Positions 9,414-17,746 of a stretch of 64,000 bases of DNA are shown in pieces. Each line of letters opens with the position of its first letter. The first letter of the stretch is position 1. The stretch is from Candidatus Saccharimonadota bacterium. Its GTDB lineage: Bacteria > Patescibacteriota > Saccharimonadia > CAILAD01 > BJGX01. The stretch is from positions 67,268 through 131,267 of the forward strand of contig JACPPH010000002.1 in the NCBI GenBank assembly GCA_016191105.1. Direction: 5' to 3'. Position numbers and translations under genes: made by a program. The notes under the pieces were generated by a model. The model was not told the DNA's origin and did no database searches. It saw only the letters and a program-made list of their open reading frames with translations.

Positions 9414-9896
9414 ATGCTCCGAGGAATCCATCCGCTTCTGACGGGTGAGCTGTTGCATTGCATTAGCGACATGGGTCACGGTGACACCATAGTGATTGGC
9501 GATGGCAACTTCAGCTCCGATGCCGATGCCCGTGCGGGCAACTGTTTCACGGTCGAGCTGTGGGGCTACAACACACTCGAGATTGTACGCCAGATCCTTG
9601 GATACATGCCGCTCGACGACAAAGACGGGCCTAGCGTCCACTTCATTGCCGAGACAGGGGATGAGCCATGGGAAGCGCACGCCGTCTGGATCCGTGCCAA
9701 CTCCAACCTGGCCCACTGGGCCAGGCAGATGGGCAAGGAGCTCACAGACGTCGTGTCGATGCTGCCACGAGCCGAGTTCCACGAGCTAGCTCGCCGGGCT
9801 TACGCCATCGTGCTTACCAACGATCCGACCCACTACGCCTACTTTGCCCTACGCAAGGGTGCTCTGCCTGAGCCAGAACAGGTGAGCGTGGGTTGA
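9414..9896 (+). CDS. RbsD/FucU family sugar mutarotase/pyranase (GC-rich solo gene)
   Basis: MLRGIHPLL..ELL...DMGHGDTIVIGDGNF; FHELARRAYAIVLT...LRKG. Confidence 0.85.
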   Translation: MLRGIHPLLTGELLHCISDMGHGDTIVIGDGNFSSDADARAGNCFTVELWGYNTLEIVRQILGYMPLDDKDGPSVHFIAETGDEPWEAHAVWIRANSNLAHWARQMGKELTDVVSMLPRAEFHELARRAYAIVLTNDPTHYAYFALRKGALPEPEQVSVG

Positions 9897-9973
9897 CCCC
9901 CACACAGTCCTTCACGCTGCGCGTCCTGCCCAGTATGGAGGACGCGTTGCATTAAAGGCACCCTCTCTTTACC

Positions 9974-9998
9974 AACCTAAGGGTACGACCCTTAGGTT
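9974..9998. repeat. Perfect short palindrome (REP-like or terminator)
   Basis: AACCTAAGGGT-acg-ACCCTTAGGTT, 11-bp stem. Confidence 0.55.
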
Positions 9999-10039
9999 AA
10001 GGTAGCATCATGTGCAGGAGATGCTCTATACTTATATGC

Positions 10040-10588
10040 ATGAAAGGTTTTGCCAAAGACATACTGTTGATGGACTTTGAATCGACCGGCATAGACCCGG
10101 TTGTTCACGAGCCAACTCAATTAGGCGCAATATTGCTCGATAAAGAGACTCTGCAAGAAAAAGATTCTTATCTTACATTTATCGGCGCAGACTTAAGCAA
10201 GGCCAGTAAAGAAGCGCTGGAGATTTCCGGAATTTCTCAAAAAGACCTAGAGGATGCCCCAGCCCAAGAAGAAGTAGCTAAAGAGTTCTTACAAAAATTT
10301 GGCACAGACGTGTTCTTGTCATCGTGGAATTCAATACTAGATAGAGGGTTGCTCGATAAAATGCTACGCATAATTGGCAAAACTATATTTGAATATGATT
10401 ATCACTACTTAGATGTATGGCCAATTTGCTATATGTACTTATGTCGCACCGGTCAAGGCGATAAACTCCGTGGTGATGCAACATTCAAAGCCTTAGGTCT
10501 ACCACAGCGCCAAAACCACGATGCGCTCGAAGATTGTCGGTACGCCGCCGAAGCACTCAAGGCCGTTTACGAAGGAAAAGAATACTAA
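10040..10588 (+). CDS. DEDDh 3'-5' exonuclease (DnaQ-like)
   Basis: LMDFESTG, WNSILD, HDALEDC. ATG 10040 lies 7 nt after TATACT. Confidence 0.88.
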   Translation: MKGFAKDILLMDFESTGIDPVVHEPTQLGAILLDKETLQEKDSYLTFIGADLSKASKEALEISGISQKDLEDAPAQEEVAKEFLQKFGTDVFLSSWNSILDRGLLDKMLRIIGKTIFEYDYHYLDVWPICYMYLCRTGQGDKLRGDATFKALGLPQRQNHDALEDCRYAAEALKAVYEGKEY

Positions 10589-11961
10589 TGCTAAAACTTT
10601 ATAATTCACTAACCAAGAAAAAAGAAGAATTTAAGCCCATTCACGCTGGTCATGCCAATATATATAGCTGCGGGCCAACGGTTTACGACCATGTGCACAT
10701 CGGCAACTTGCGTGCTTTTTTGTTGCCAGATCTGCTGCAGCGGGTTCTGCGCTACGTCGAACACCTCGATGTCACCTGGGTTATGAACATTACCGATGTC
10801 GACGACAAGATTATTGCTCGAGCCGCTCGAGACAACAAAAGTGATGAGCCAATTACTGCCCTAGGAAAGCTAGCCGATCGTTACACAGATGTGTTTATAA
10901 ATGATATTGAGAAGGTTGGAATTGACCGGGCCGACATAAGCCGTTTACCTCGAGCCACCGATAACATTGCCGAAATTCAGGAGCTAATTCGACATTTAGT
11001 AGCCAAACAAATTGCCTACATTAGCGATGGCAGTGTGTACTTTAGCCTAGAGCATTACAAAAAAGCCGGCCACAAATACGGTGTGCTAGCAAATGTGCAG
11101 TTCAATGCTCAAGCCAGAGTAATAGACGATCAAGATCAAAAAGAGGGAGTGGGTGATTTTGCGCTTTGGAAGGCTCAAAAAAGCGATGAGCCGGCATGGG
11201 ATTTCGAGATTGAAGGCCAAAACTTGCGTGGCCGGCCTGGCTGGCACATTGAGTGCTCAGTTATGAGCACCAAATACTTAGGCCAGCCCTTTGATATTCA
11301 TACTGGCGGCGTGGATCTTAAATTCCCGCATCACGAAAATGAGATTGCTCAGTGCGGCGGCGACCAAGCCCATTATTATTTGCACAATGAATTTGTTAAT
11401 GTCGAGAATAGTAAGATGGCCAAATCGGTCGGTAACTTCTTGACCATCGAAGATGTCAAAGACCCTATAGCTTTTCGATACCTGTGCCTGCAAGCCCACT
11501 ATCGTAGTGAAATGAACTACAGCAGTGAAGTTCTGGCGGCTGCCGGTGAAAGGCTAAAAAACTTGCGCAAGTACGCCGACCAACTAACTCTGGTAAAAGA
11601 GGATCAGCTGGCCGAAGATGACAAAAGTGGTAAGGTTGCTGAGTTCATGGAAAAGTTCAACCAGTCGCTACAAGATGATCTGAACAGTCCTGAAGCCTTA
11701 GCGGCTCTTAGCTTGCTTGAAGGTAAGGCTTACAATCAGCAGGCCAAAAAAGCCATGCAGTGGGCCGATTCGGTTTTGGGCCTAAGACTAGTAAATGATG
11801 AGCCTATAGCCAAGCCGGCTCAGGAGCTTATTAGCAACTACGAACGAGCTCGTGAGCGCAAAGACTATGAAGCCTCGGACAAACTGCGCGAAGAACTCGA
11901 AAAAGAATTTGGCCTCGGTGTGTCCGACACCGAGATAGGCACACTAATACATAGGCTATAA
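10588..11961 (+). CDS. cysS: Cysteine--tRNA ligase
   Basis: CGPTVYD, HIGN, GRPGWHIECS, GGVDLKFPHHENE, KMAKS. Confidence 0.98.
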   Translation: MLKLYNSLTKKKEEFKPIHAGHANIYSCGPTVYDHVHIGNLRAFLLPDLLQRVLRYVEHLDVTWVMNITDVDDKIIARAARDNKSDEPITALGKLADRYTDVFINDIEKVGIDRADISRLPRATDNIAEIQELIRHLVAKQIAYISDGSVYFSLEHYKKAGHKYGVLANVQFNAQARVIDDQDQKEGVGDFALWKAQKSDEPAWDFEIEGQNLRGRPGWHIECSVMSTKYLGQPFDIHTGGVDLKFPHHENEIAQCGGDQAHYYLHNEFVNVENSKMAKSVGNFLTIEDVKDPIAFRYLCLQAHYRSEMNYSSEVLAAAGERLKNLRKYADQLTLVKEDQLAEDDKSGKVAEFMEKFNQSLQDDLNSPEALAALSLLEGKAYNQQAKKAMQWADSVLGLRLVNDEPIAKPAQELISNYERARERKDYEASDKLREELEKEFGLGVSDTEIGTLIHRL

Positions 11962-12009
11962 ATGCGGTAGGGCGGGGGCTTTTGACCCCCGCTTGTTCCT
12001 ACAGATTGC

Positions 12010-12675
12010 TTACAGGAATTCGACCTCTTTGCGGGCTTGATCGAGCGCGTTTTGGGCACGCACGCGTCCGGCCACAAAGTGCTTGGGCACCTTGCCGCCA
12101 GCCCAGAAGAAGTTCCAGGCGTACTCGCTGGGGTTGACCCACAGCAGCCGCACTGCGTGGCAGTGCTTGCCGTAAGCCACGCCACGATTGTAGTCGACGC
12201 CGGTTTTGACGTAGCCGACACCACAGAGAGCACGGTGACTGCCCTGGTTGACTAGGTCGGCACCGCTGTCGATGGCCACCAGGCCGAGCACGTCGACCGC
12301 ATAGAGGCAACGAGCACGGTGGATGGCACTGGCAATGCCCTTGCCCCACATGCCGCTGTCCCACAGCACGACGCCGCTGATGCCACGGTAGCTGCTGATG
12401 TTCTCGATGCCACTGGCGCCGATGAGGCGACCGCGACTGTCGGATCCGGGCTTGAACTCATAGATGCCCCAGCCCTGAGAATCAGGATCATCGTAGCGAG
12501 CCTTGAGCCAATCCAGCTCTTGCTGGTGGTTTTGAGCACCGCGCAAACTGAGATGGGCGCAGACTTCGTAGCGAGCCAACGGTTCGGGCACGGCTGCCAT
12601 TTCGCTTTCCAAGATGGGCTGCATGCGGATCACCAGCCCATCGGTGGTTTTGGTTTGCATAGGGAAGCCAAACAT
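12010..12675 (-). CDS. RimJ/RimL-type GNAT N-acetyltransferase (GC-rich solo gene)
   Basis: LIGASGI, WGKGIAS, NQGSHRALCGVGY; SD GAAAGGAAAGG. Confidence 0.82.
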   Translation of the reverse strand: MFGFPMQTKTTDGLVIRMQPILESEMAAVPEPLARYEVCAHLSLRGAQNHQQELDWLKARYDDPDSQGWGIYEFKPGSDSRGRLIGASGIENISSYRGISGVVLWDSGMWGKGIASAIHRARCLYAVDVLGLVAIDSGADLVNQGSHRALCGVGYVKTGVDYNRGVAYGKHCHAVRLLWVNPSEYAWNFFWAGGKVPKHFVAGRVRAQNALDQARKEVEFL

Positions 12676-12829
12676 GGCCTTTCCTTTCTGTAGGGAACGA
12701 ACCTCGACAACATTGTCGAGGGAGCCTTGATAATTCCAAGACTACTGTTGAGCGGATTTTGGGATTTCCAAAATCCGATAAGCCTCCAAGAATGGGTTAC
12801 AACCAGATTGTAAATTTAGCGTTTTAACC

Positions 12830-12852
12830 AAAAAGCCTCCATTTCGGAGGCT
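12830..12852 (-). terminator. Attenuator-type intrinsic terminator in GNAT leader
   Basis: Minus strand AGCCTCC-gaaat-GGAGGCT then TTTT, 26 nt after the uORF stop and upstream of the GNAT start. Confidence 0.7.
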
Positions 12853-12878
12853 CATCGCATCTGAGAAATTAGTTCAAT

Positions 12879-12983
12879 TTATGAGTTCAGTACACGATAA
12901 GCCATAGCGACACAAAGCTCGCCTTTATAATCCATAAAGGTGGGAGCGGAAATATTTGTGGTTGTATGACTATATCGGTTCAT
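12879..12983 (-). CDS. Putative leader peptide MNRYSHTTTNISAPTFMDYKGELCVAMAYRVLNS (34 aa)
   Basis: ATG is 10 nt after the -10 hexamer and the ORF is followed by a terminator. Shares APTF, AxRV and S-TAA with the leader at 15541. Confidence 0.6.
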   Translation of the reverse strand: MNRYSHTTTNISAPTFMDYKGELCVAMAYRVLNS

Positions 12984-12993
12984 AGCGAAAGTA

Positions 12994-13023
12994 ATAATAA
13001 CACCAACGCTTATGCTTTGTCAA
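12994..13023 (-). promoter_or_regulatory. Sigma70 promoter with extended -10
   Basis: TTGACA-18nt-TATTAT with TGT immediately before the -10. Confidence 0.7.
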
Positions 13024-13048
13024 CAAAAATTGACAATAAAATGCAGGC

Positions 13049-13088
13049 GAGCCCCTCAACTCCAGCGTTAACTGGTGTCGAGGGGCTC
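13049..13088 (-). terminator. GC-rich hairpin after mini-ORF
   Basis: GAGCCCCTCAAC...GTCGAGGGGCTC. Confidence 0.55.
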
Positions 13089-13111
13089 TGGATGCGGCGG
13101 TTTGGGCAGTG

Positions 13112-13267
13112 CTAGTGAGGGCGGCGCTCTCCCTTGCCGCCTTCAAGGCACTTCCTGCAGACCTGGATCTTCTTGTTGCCAGGCTTGTACACCCATGTGG
13201 TGTAGCGGTGCTCGCTCTCGCGGCAAAGCGGCAACTTGGAGTTGTTGAGGATTTCAGCTGCAGCCAA
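13112..13267 (-). CDS. 51-aa putative zinc-binding mini-protein (GC-rich solo gene)
   Basis: SD AAGGAG-5nt-TTG; C-x4-H...CxxC; own promoter TTGATA-17-TATACT and downstream hairpin. Confidence 0.6.
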   Translation of the reverse strand: MAAAEILNNSKLPLCRESEHRYTTWVYKPGNKKIQVCRKCLEGGKGERRPH

Positions 13268-13426
13268 GGTGGCTCCTTGGGGTAGGGCGCTCGAGTTGGC
13301 GCCAATGGGTGGGTGCGACAAGCGAAAACCAGGGGTCTTCGCAAGATCGCAGCCAGTATACAATTTTAACCAAATTATATCAATAAGATTTTGCGTAAAC
13401 CCCTTAAGTTTCGGTACAATATGGTT

Positions 13427-14659
13427 ATGCTACAAGTAACCGAGTTCGATAACCACCAACTAGCTGATTACGAGGCCGACACCGACCCGATTGAGATAGA
13501 TAGGCTCAAGAGCATTGCCAAAACCCTAGAGGGTAAGAAGATTTATGAGATCAATGCCACCGCTATTGGCGGCGGGGTGGCTGAACTTTTGCATAGCCAG
13601 ATACCATTGTTTAGAGATCTCGGCTTATATGCCGACTGGCTAGTTCTACCTAGCAATAATCACTTCTTTACTATTACCAAAAACCTCCATAATTGTTTGC
13701 AAGGACACTGTGCGTTGCCAAACCAGTTCGAACTCGAGCATTACAGCAAGTATCTGCAAGAGGCAGCTGTCGATATTCCGCAAGACGGGGATCTGTATAT
13801 ACTGCATGATCCCCAGACACTCGGGCTGGCTCCGTATCTTAAAAACCACAAGCTAATCTGGCGCTGCCATATTGACCTAACCATGGCTGACCCCCATGTT
13901 CTTGCCTGGGTCCAAGACTACTACCAGTATTTTAGTAAGGTTGTATTTTCGCTCGAGGCATATGTATCGGGTTTGGAGCGCAAAAAAGTGGCCATTGTAC
14001 ACCCAGCAATCGACCCTTTGAGCGACAAAAACCGCCAGCTCAGTCAACGCGAAATAGATACCTACCTAGGCAAATATGAACTCGATATTACCAAGCCGTA
14101 CTTATTGCAGGTTTCGCGCTTCGACAGGTTTAAAAATCCTATTGGTGCTATAGAGATTTTCGCTGAGACCCGCAAATTAATTCCTAGCCTGCAGTGTGTG
14201 TTAATGGGTGATTACGCCACCGACGACCCAGAGGGGAAGCCGTACTTCGAAGAGGTACGCCAAATTGCTCGCGAGGCTGATCACGGCAACATCCATATAA
14301 TTACCCAAAAAGACGATCTGGCGGTCAATGCTCTGCAGCGCGGAGCAGCTGCGGTGTTGCAAAACTCTACCCAGGAGGGTTTTGGGCTAAGCGTAACCGA
14401 GGCTTTGTGGAAAGGCAAGTTTGTGTTTGCCAGACCAGTGGGGGGCATAGCCTTGCAAGTTATAAACGGCAAAACCGGCTTTTACCTAGCCGACAATAAC
14501 CATGATTCGGCCGAGAGTATCGCCAAGGTACTCAAAAACTCGCGCGACTACTTGCATGTCGAAGCCGATGCCAAAGAACAAGTTCGCCGCAAATTCTTGC
14601 TGCCCAAAATGGCCAATGACTATCTGCATGTCTATGCCGAAGCGCTCAAGCAGACTTAA
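13427..14659 (+). CDS. GT4 glycosyltransferase, trehalose synthase TreT-like
   Basis: INATAIGGGVAELL, LHDPQ, WRCHIDL, QVSRFDRFKNP, EGFGLSVTEALWKG. Confidence 0.87.
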   Translation: MLQVTEFDNHQLADYEADTDPIEIDRLKSIAKTLEGKKIYEINATAIGGGVAELLHSQIPLFRDLGLYADWLVLPSNNHFFTITKNLHNCLQGHCALPNQFELEHYSKYLQEAAVDIPQDGDLYILHDPQTLGLAPYLKNHKLIWRCHIDLTMADPHVLAWVQDYYQYFSKVVFSLEAYVSGLERKKVAIVHPAIDPLSDKNRQLSQREIDTYLGKYELDITKPYLLQVSRFDRFKNPIGAIEIFAETRKLIPSLQCVLMGDYATDDPEGKPYFEEVRQIAREADHGNIHIITQKDDLAVNALQRGAAAVLQNSTQEGFGLSVTEALWKGKFVFARPVGGIALQVINGKTGFYLADNNHDSAESIAKVLKNSRDYLHVEADAKEQVRRKFLLPKMANDYLHVYAEALKQT

Positions 14660-15096
14660 ATATTTTCAACTCGGTTGTGTTTGCGAAGTTTAATCAGCTC
14701 TTGTTCGACCTGTCGCAAGTTCGGTGGTTGCTCCTTTAGCGCCTCGAGATTTGGGCCTTTTTTGGATAAACTGATTATATGCATGCCCACCGGGGCGCCA
14801 AAGGTTAACCAAAACCACGAGAATATAAAGTTGTGGCGGTAAACCCGACCCAAGCGTGAGGCCACTGCGAACGAGTATATGCTGCCGGCATAGGGTATAA
14901 GCGCCATAAAGAACCAGCGCTTGGGCAAGTTTAGCGTCTTGATGAGGTAGTAGTAGTTATAGATCGGTACAAAGGCTCTCCAGCCGCGGGCCTGTAGCTG
15001 CCCGAGCACCCTCGATAGTCCCACCATGTAAACCAGATAAAGCACAACTAGCACTACGATAACCACGTAGCCCAAACTTAAGACGGCTTGAATCAT
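14656..15096 (-). CDS. Small membrane protein (DUF5684-like)
   Basis: GWRAFVPIYNYY motif; about 4 TM segments. Confidence 0.65.
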   Translation of the reverse strand: MIQAVLSLGYVVIVVLVVLYLVYMVGLSRVLGQLQARGWRAFVPIYNYYYLIKTLNLPKRWFFMALIPYAGSIYSFAVASRLGRVYRHNFIFSWFWLTFGAPVGMHIISLSKKGPNLEALKEQPPNLRQVEQELIKLRKHNRVENI

Positions 15097-15193
15097 ATAG
15101 CTATGATAGCACGGTGAGGCTTTTACATTCTTAAGAAAGTCATAAGGTGTTAAACCGGGCAGGCCGACCGCAAAAAAACTTTCTAAAATTGTA

Positions 15194-15222
15194 TTGACAA
15201 TATCCAGTACCTGTGGTATAAT
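15194..15222 (+). promoter_or_regulatory. Consensus sigma70 promoter
   Basis: TTGACA-17nt-TATAAT with TG extended -10. Confidence 0.8.
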
Positions 15223-15228
15223 TCAACT

Positions 15229-15416
15229 ATCATTATTTTTGAGCTACTGGACTCCCAAATAGTGCTCAAGCTACAACTAAATACACCGCCACCCCGACAC
15301 AAGGGTCCGAACTGTTAACTAATAGCCGGCAAGACATATGAGCTTACCGCTATCACTTTCGCGAGGTTATCGCTTTAAAACAACAAAACCGGGCCTTTAT
15401 GTGGGGATGGTGTTTT
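15229..15416 (+). ncRNA. Candidate structured ncRNA (6S-like topology)
   Basis: No credible ORF. Stem 15283-15309 pairs with 15390-15413 and encloses a bubble and inner hairpins; short T-run at the end. Confidence 0.45.
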
Positions 15417-15502
15417 GCCTATAAATGAAGCCAAAGATCTAGTAACTTTTTCGTCATTTATAAGCAAAATAGCTTTTTTTGAAAAAAGTTGGCCAAATGT
15501 TG

Positions 15503-15530
15503 TTGACATCAGTTATGCTTATGTTATTAT
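15503..15530 (+). promoter_or_regulatory. Sigma70 promoter with extended -10
   Basis: TTGACA-16nt-TATTAT with TGT before the -10. Confidence 0.7.
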
Positions 15531-15540
15531 CAGAAGCACT

Positions 15541-15651
15541 ATGTTAATCAACACAGTCAAGTTAATTACTCGCACTCGAGCAAAAACAGCGCCCACTTTT
15601 GGCGCGCTTAGCGCTACCCGTGTGCCCGGACTGAGTCGTTTTATTTCATAA
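15541..15651 (+). CDS. Putative leader peptide MLINTVKLITRTRAKTAPTFGALSATRVPGLSRFIS (36 aa)
   Basis: ATG is 10 nt after the -10; terminator-like hairpin 21 nt after the stop; APTF/AxRV shared with 12879-12983. Confidence 0.6.
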   Translation: MLINTVKLITRTRAKTAPTFGALSATRVPGLSRFIS

Positions 15652-15672
15652 ACTTTAGAGAAATCATTCGCT

Positions 15673-15704
15673 AGAAGCTCGGGACCACACTCTCGAGCTT
15701 CTTT
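15673..15704 (+). terminator. Attenuator-type hairpin in ABC leader
   Basis: AGAAGCTCGGGA-ccacac-TCTCGAGCTTCT then TT; short U tract. Confidence 0.6.
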
Positions 15705-15786
15705 AGTTACGGCAACCCGTAGCTAGAAGCACCAATCACATCACGATCTTTCACAACCAAACCTACGACCCCTATAAGGAGGAAGA

Positions 15787-17568
15787 ATGGGAGTCAAAAT
15801 GATGCTGCAGATGTATCGTCTGCTGCTGGCTAAGCCAGAAGTACGAGCCAAATATCGTGCTATGCGCCAAAGCATTGTCAAGGCGCTAGCACTGGTGTTT
15901 GTGGTCGAGGCGCTGTCGGTGGCCGAGGTGTATCCGCTGCGGGGTATTTTTGACGGCATGTCTGTTAAGGCTCCTGCCAGCACCCTGGTGATCTGGGTGA
16001 TTGCCATGTTTGGCATTCGCCAGGTTCACACCGTGCTCGACCAGCACAAGGAGTATCACCAGATGACAACCGACTGGCAAAACCTGGGCAACATTCTTGG
16101 TCATGGTCACGAGCACCAGCTCAGCCAGGATCAAAAGTACCAGATCGATCATTCCACCGGAGAGAAGGAGTCCACGCTTTCAAAGAACATTTGGAAGATG
16201 GAAAACCTCATCGACGTAGTGATCTACCAGGTTACGCCCATGATCATCATGATCGGGTTCATCCTGGCGGCGCTGTCGATATTCGACTGGCGCTACAGTG
16301 CTATCACCGTCGTGACCATCGCCATCTACTGCCTGGTTACCAGGCACTTCGAGAAGGTGTTTGCTCCCAAGCGCATAGAAGAGCATGAGGAATGGAAGGC
16401 AATTGAACGGATGGCCAGCGAGCAGGTTAAGGGCTGGCGGACAATCAAGTCCAATGGCCTGGAGCTACAAAAGGCTCGCGAGCTCCAGTGTGCAATCGAG
16501 AAGTTCATGCAGGCCAACGCCAAACGCCGACGGATTCGCATTCGCCACTGGGTGGTACAGAACTCGGTGTTGAGCGTTTCGATCCTGTTTATCTGGGGGT
16601 TTTCCCTCTGGCTGTACAGCATCGACGCCATGAGTACCGGCGTGTTGGTGATCATCAATGGCTGGATAGCCAAGCTTTACAGCCACATGTTCCGCTATGC
16701 CAACTTTCAACGCGAGGCCTACGAAGGCGTGGCCAGTCTCAACGACATGGTTGAGTTGCTCTCTAGTAGCTCGGCTATCGACGGTATGCCGAATGCACTA
16801 CAACTGCCCGCCTCTGGCCTTGGCTGCGAGGTTGTGCTCGACGGTGTGGGCTTTCGCTACCACGACGACGGTGAGTACGCGCTACGCGACATAACCGCCA
16901 AGCTGCCAGCAGGCAGCACGGTGGCGATTATGGCGCCATCGGGTGGAGGCAAATCAACTCTGGCCGATCTGTTGATAAGGGCATACGACACCTGCGAGGG
17001 ATCCATTTACCTCGACGGTGTTGACCTGCGCGACATAGACCGCCAACACCTCATGCAGGTGGTTGCGGCCACAGTGCTGCAAGATGCCAATCTCTTCGAC
17101 GGCACCATTGCCAGCAACATCGGCTTTGGCTGCTTGCGCGAACTGAGCCAAGCAGAGGTAGAGGTAGCCGCAAAGCAGGCCTACGCCCACCAGTTCATCA
17201 TGGAGTTTCCTGAGGGATACGACACGATGGTGGGTGAGGACGGCGTGCGGCTCAGCGGCGGGGAAAGGCAAAGGATCGCCATTGCGCGAGCCCTTGCCAA
17301 GCAACCGCAGCTGCTGATCATGGACGAGGCCACTAGTGCTCTCGATGAACCGAGCCAACGCATGGTGAACCTCTCTATCCAGGCTAAGTCAGCTGAGCGG
17401 AGCTGCACCATTGTGCTGATAGCCCATCGGTTTAGTACGGTCGAACACGCCGACTTAGTGTTGGTGCTCGACCATGGCAAGCTGGTGGACTTGGGTACCA
17501 TTGCTGAGCTTGGTGAGCGCTGCGAGCTGTTTCGACGGCTCAGGAGCGGCGAGATCAGCATGGAGTAG
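15787..17568 (+). CDS. ABC exporter, fused TMD+NBD (MsbA/multidrug class; GC-rich solo gene)
   Basis: N-terminal TM helices, APSGGGKST, LSGGERQR, LLIMDEA, IAHR; SD AAGGAGG. Confidence 0.93.
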   Translation: MGVKMMLQMYRLLLAKPEVRAKYRAMRQSIVKALALVFVVEALSVAEVYPLRGIFDGMSVKAPASTLVIWVIAMFGIRQVHTVLDQHKEYHQMTTDWQNLGNILGHGHEHQLSQDQKYQIDHSTGEKESTLSKNIWKMENLIDVVIYQVTPMIIMIGFILAALSIFDWRYSAITVVTIAIYCLVTRHFEKVFAPKRIEEHEEWKAIERMASEQVKGWRTIKSNGLELQKARELQCAIEKFMQANAKRRRIRIRHWVVQNSVLSVSILFIWGFSLWLYSIDAMSTGVLVIINGWIAKLYSHMFRYANFQREAYEGVASLNDMVELLSSSSAIDGMPNALQLPASGLGCEVVLDGVGFRYHDDGEYALRDITAKLPAGSTVAIMAPSGGGKSTLADLLIRAYDTCEGSIYLDGVDLRDIDRQHLMQVVAATVLQDANLFDGTIASNIGFGCLRELSQAEVEVAAKQAYAHQFIMEFPEGYDTMVGEDGVRLSGGERQRIAIARALAKQPQLLIMDEATSALDEPSQRMVNLSIQAKSAERSCTIVLIAHRFSTVEHADLVLVLDHGKLVDLGTIAELGERCELFRRLRSGEISME

Positions 17569-17586
17569 GCAAGTGAGTGATGTGAG

Positions 17587-17621
17587 ACCCCGGCAATTCG
17601 CGAAAGCGGATCCGGGGTTTT
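17587..17621 (+). terminator. Intrinsic terminator of ABC gene
   Basis: ACCCCGG..TTCGC-GAAA-GCGGA.CCGGGGT-TTT. Confidence 0.7.
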
Positions 17622-17746
17622 CACTTTGTAAAAAAACTTTTCTGGCAGTTGCTACCTGCAGAATCTTGAAAAATGCAGCGTTTTCGGCTATGATTATCAG
17701 GTTAAATTGCGTAACTGCAGCTTAAAACCCAGTTTTAGCTCGACGA

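Noticed and set aside
11865-12739. Multiple overlapping ORFs in GC-rich genes (also 15741-17725, 28808-29781, 62741-63636)
   Set aside because: Shadow frames caused by high GC; no SD or motifs.
15415-15540. 5' part of the 78-aa ORF in the track
   Set aside because: It overlaps the promoter at 15503-15530; only the ATG 15541 portion fits.
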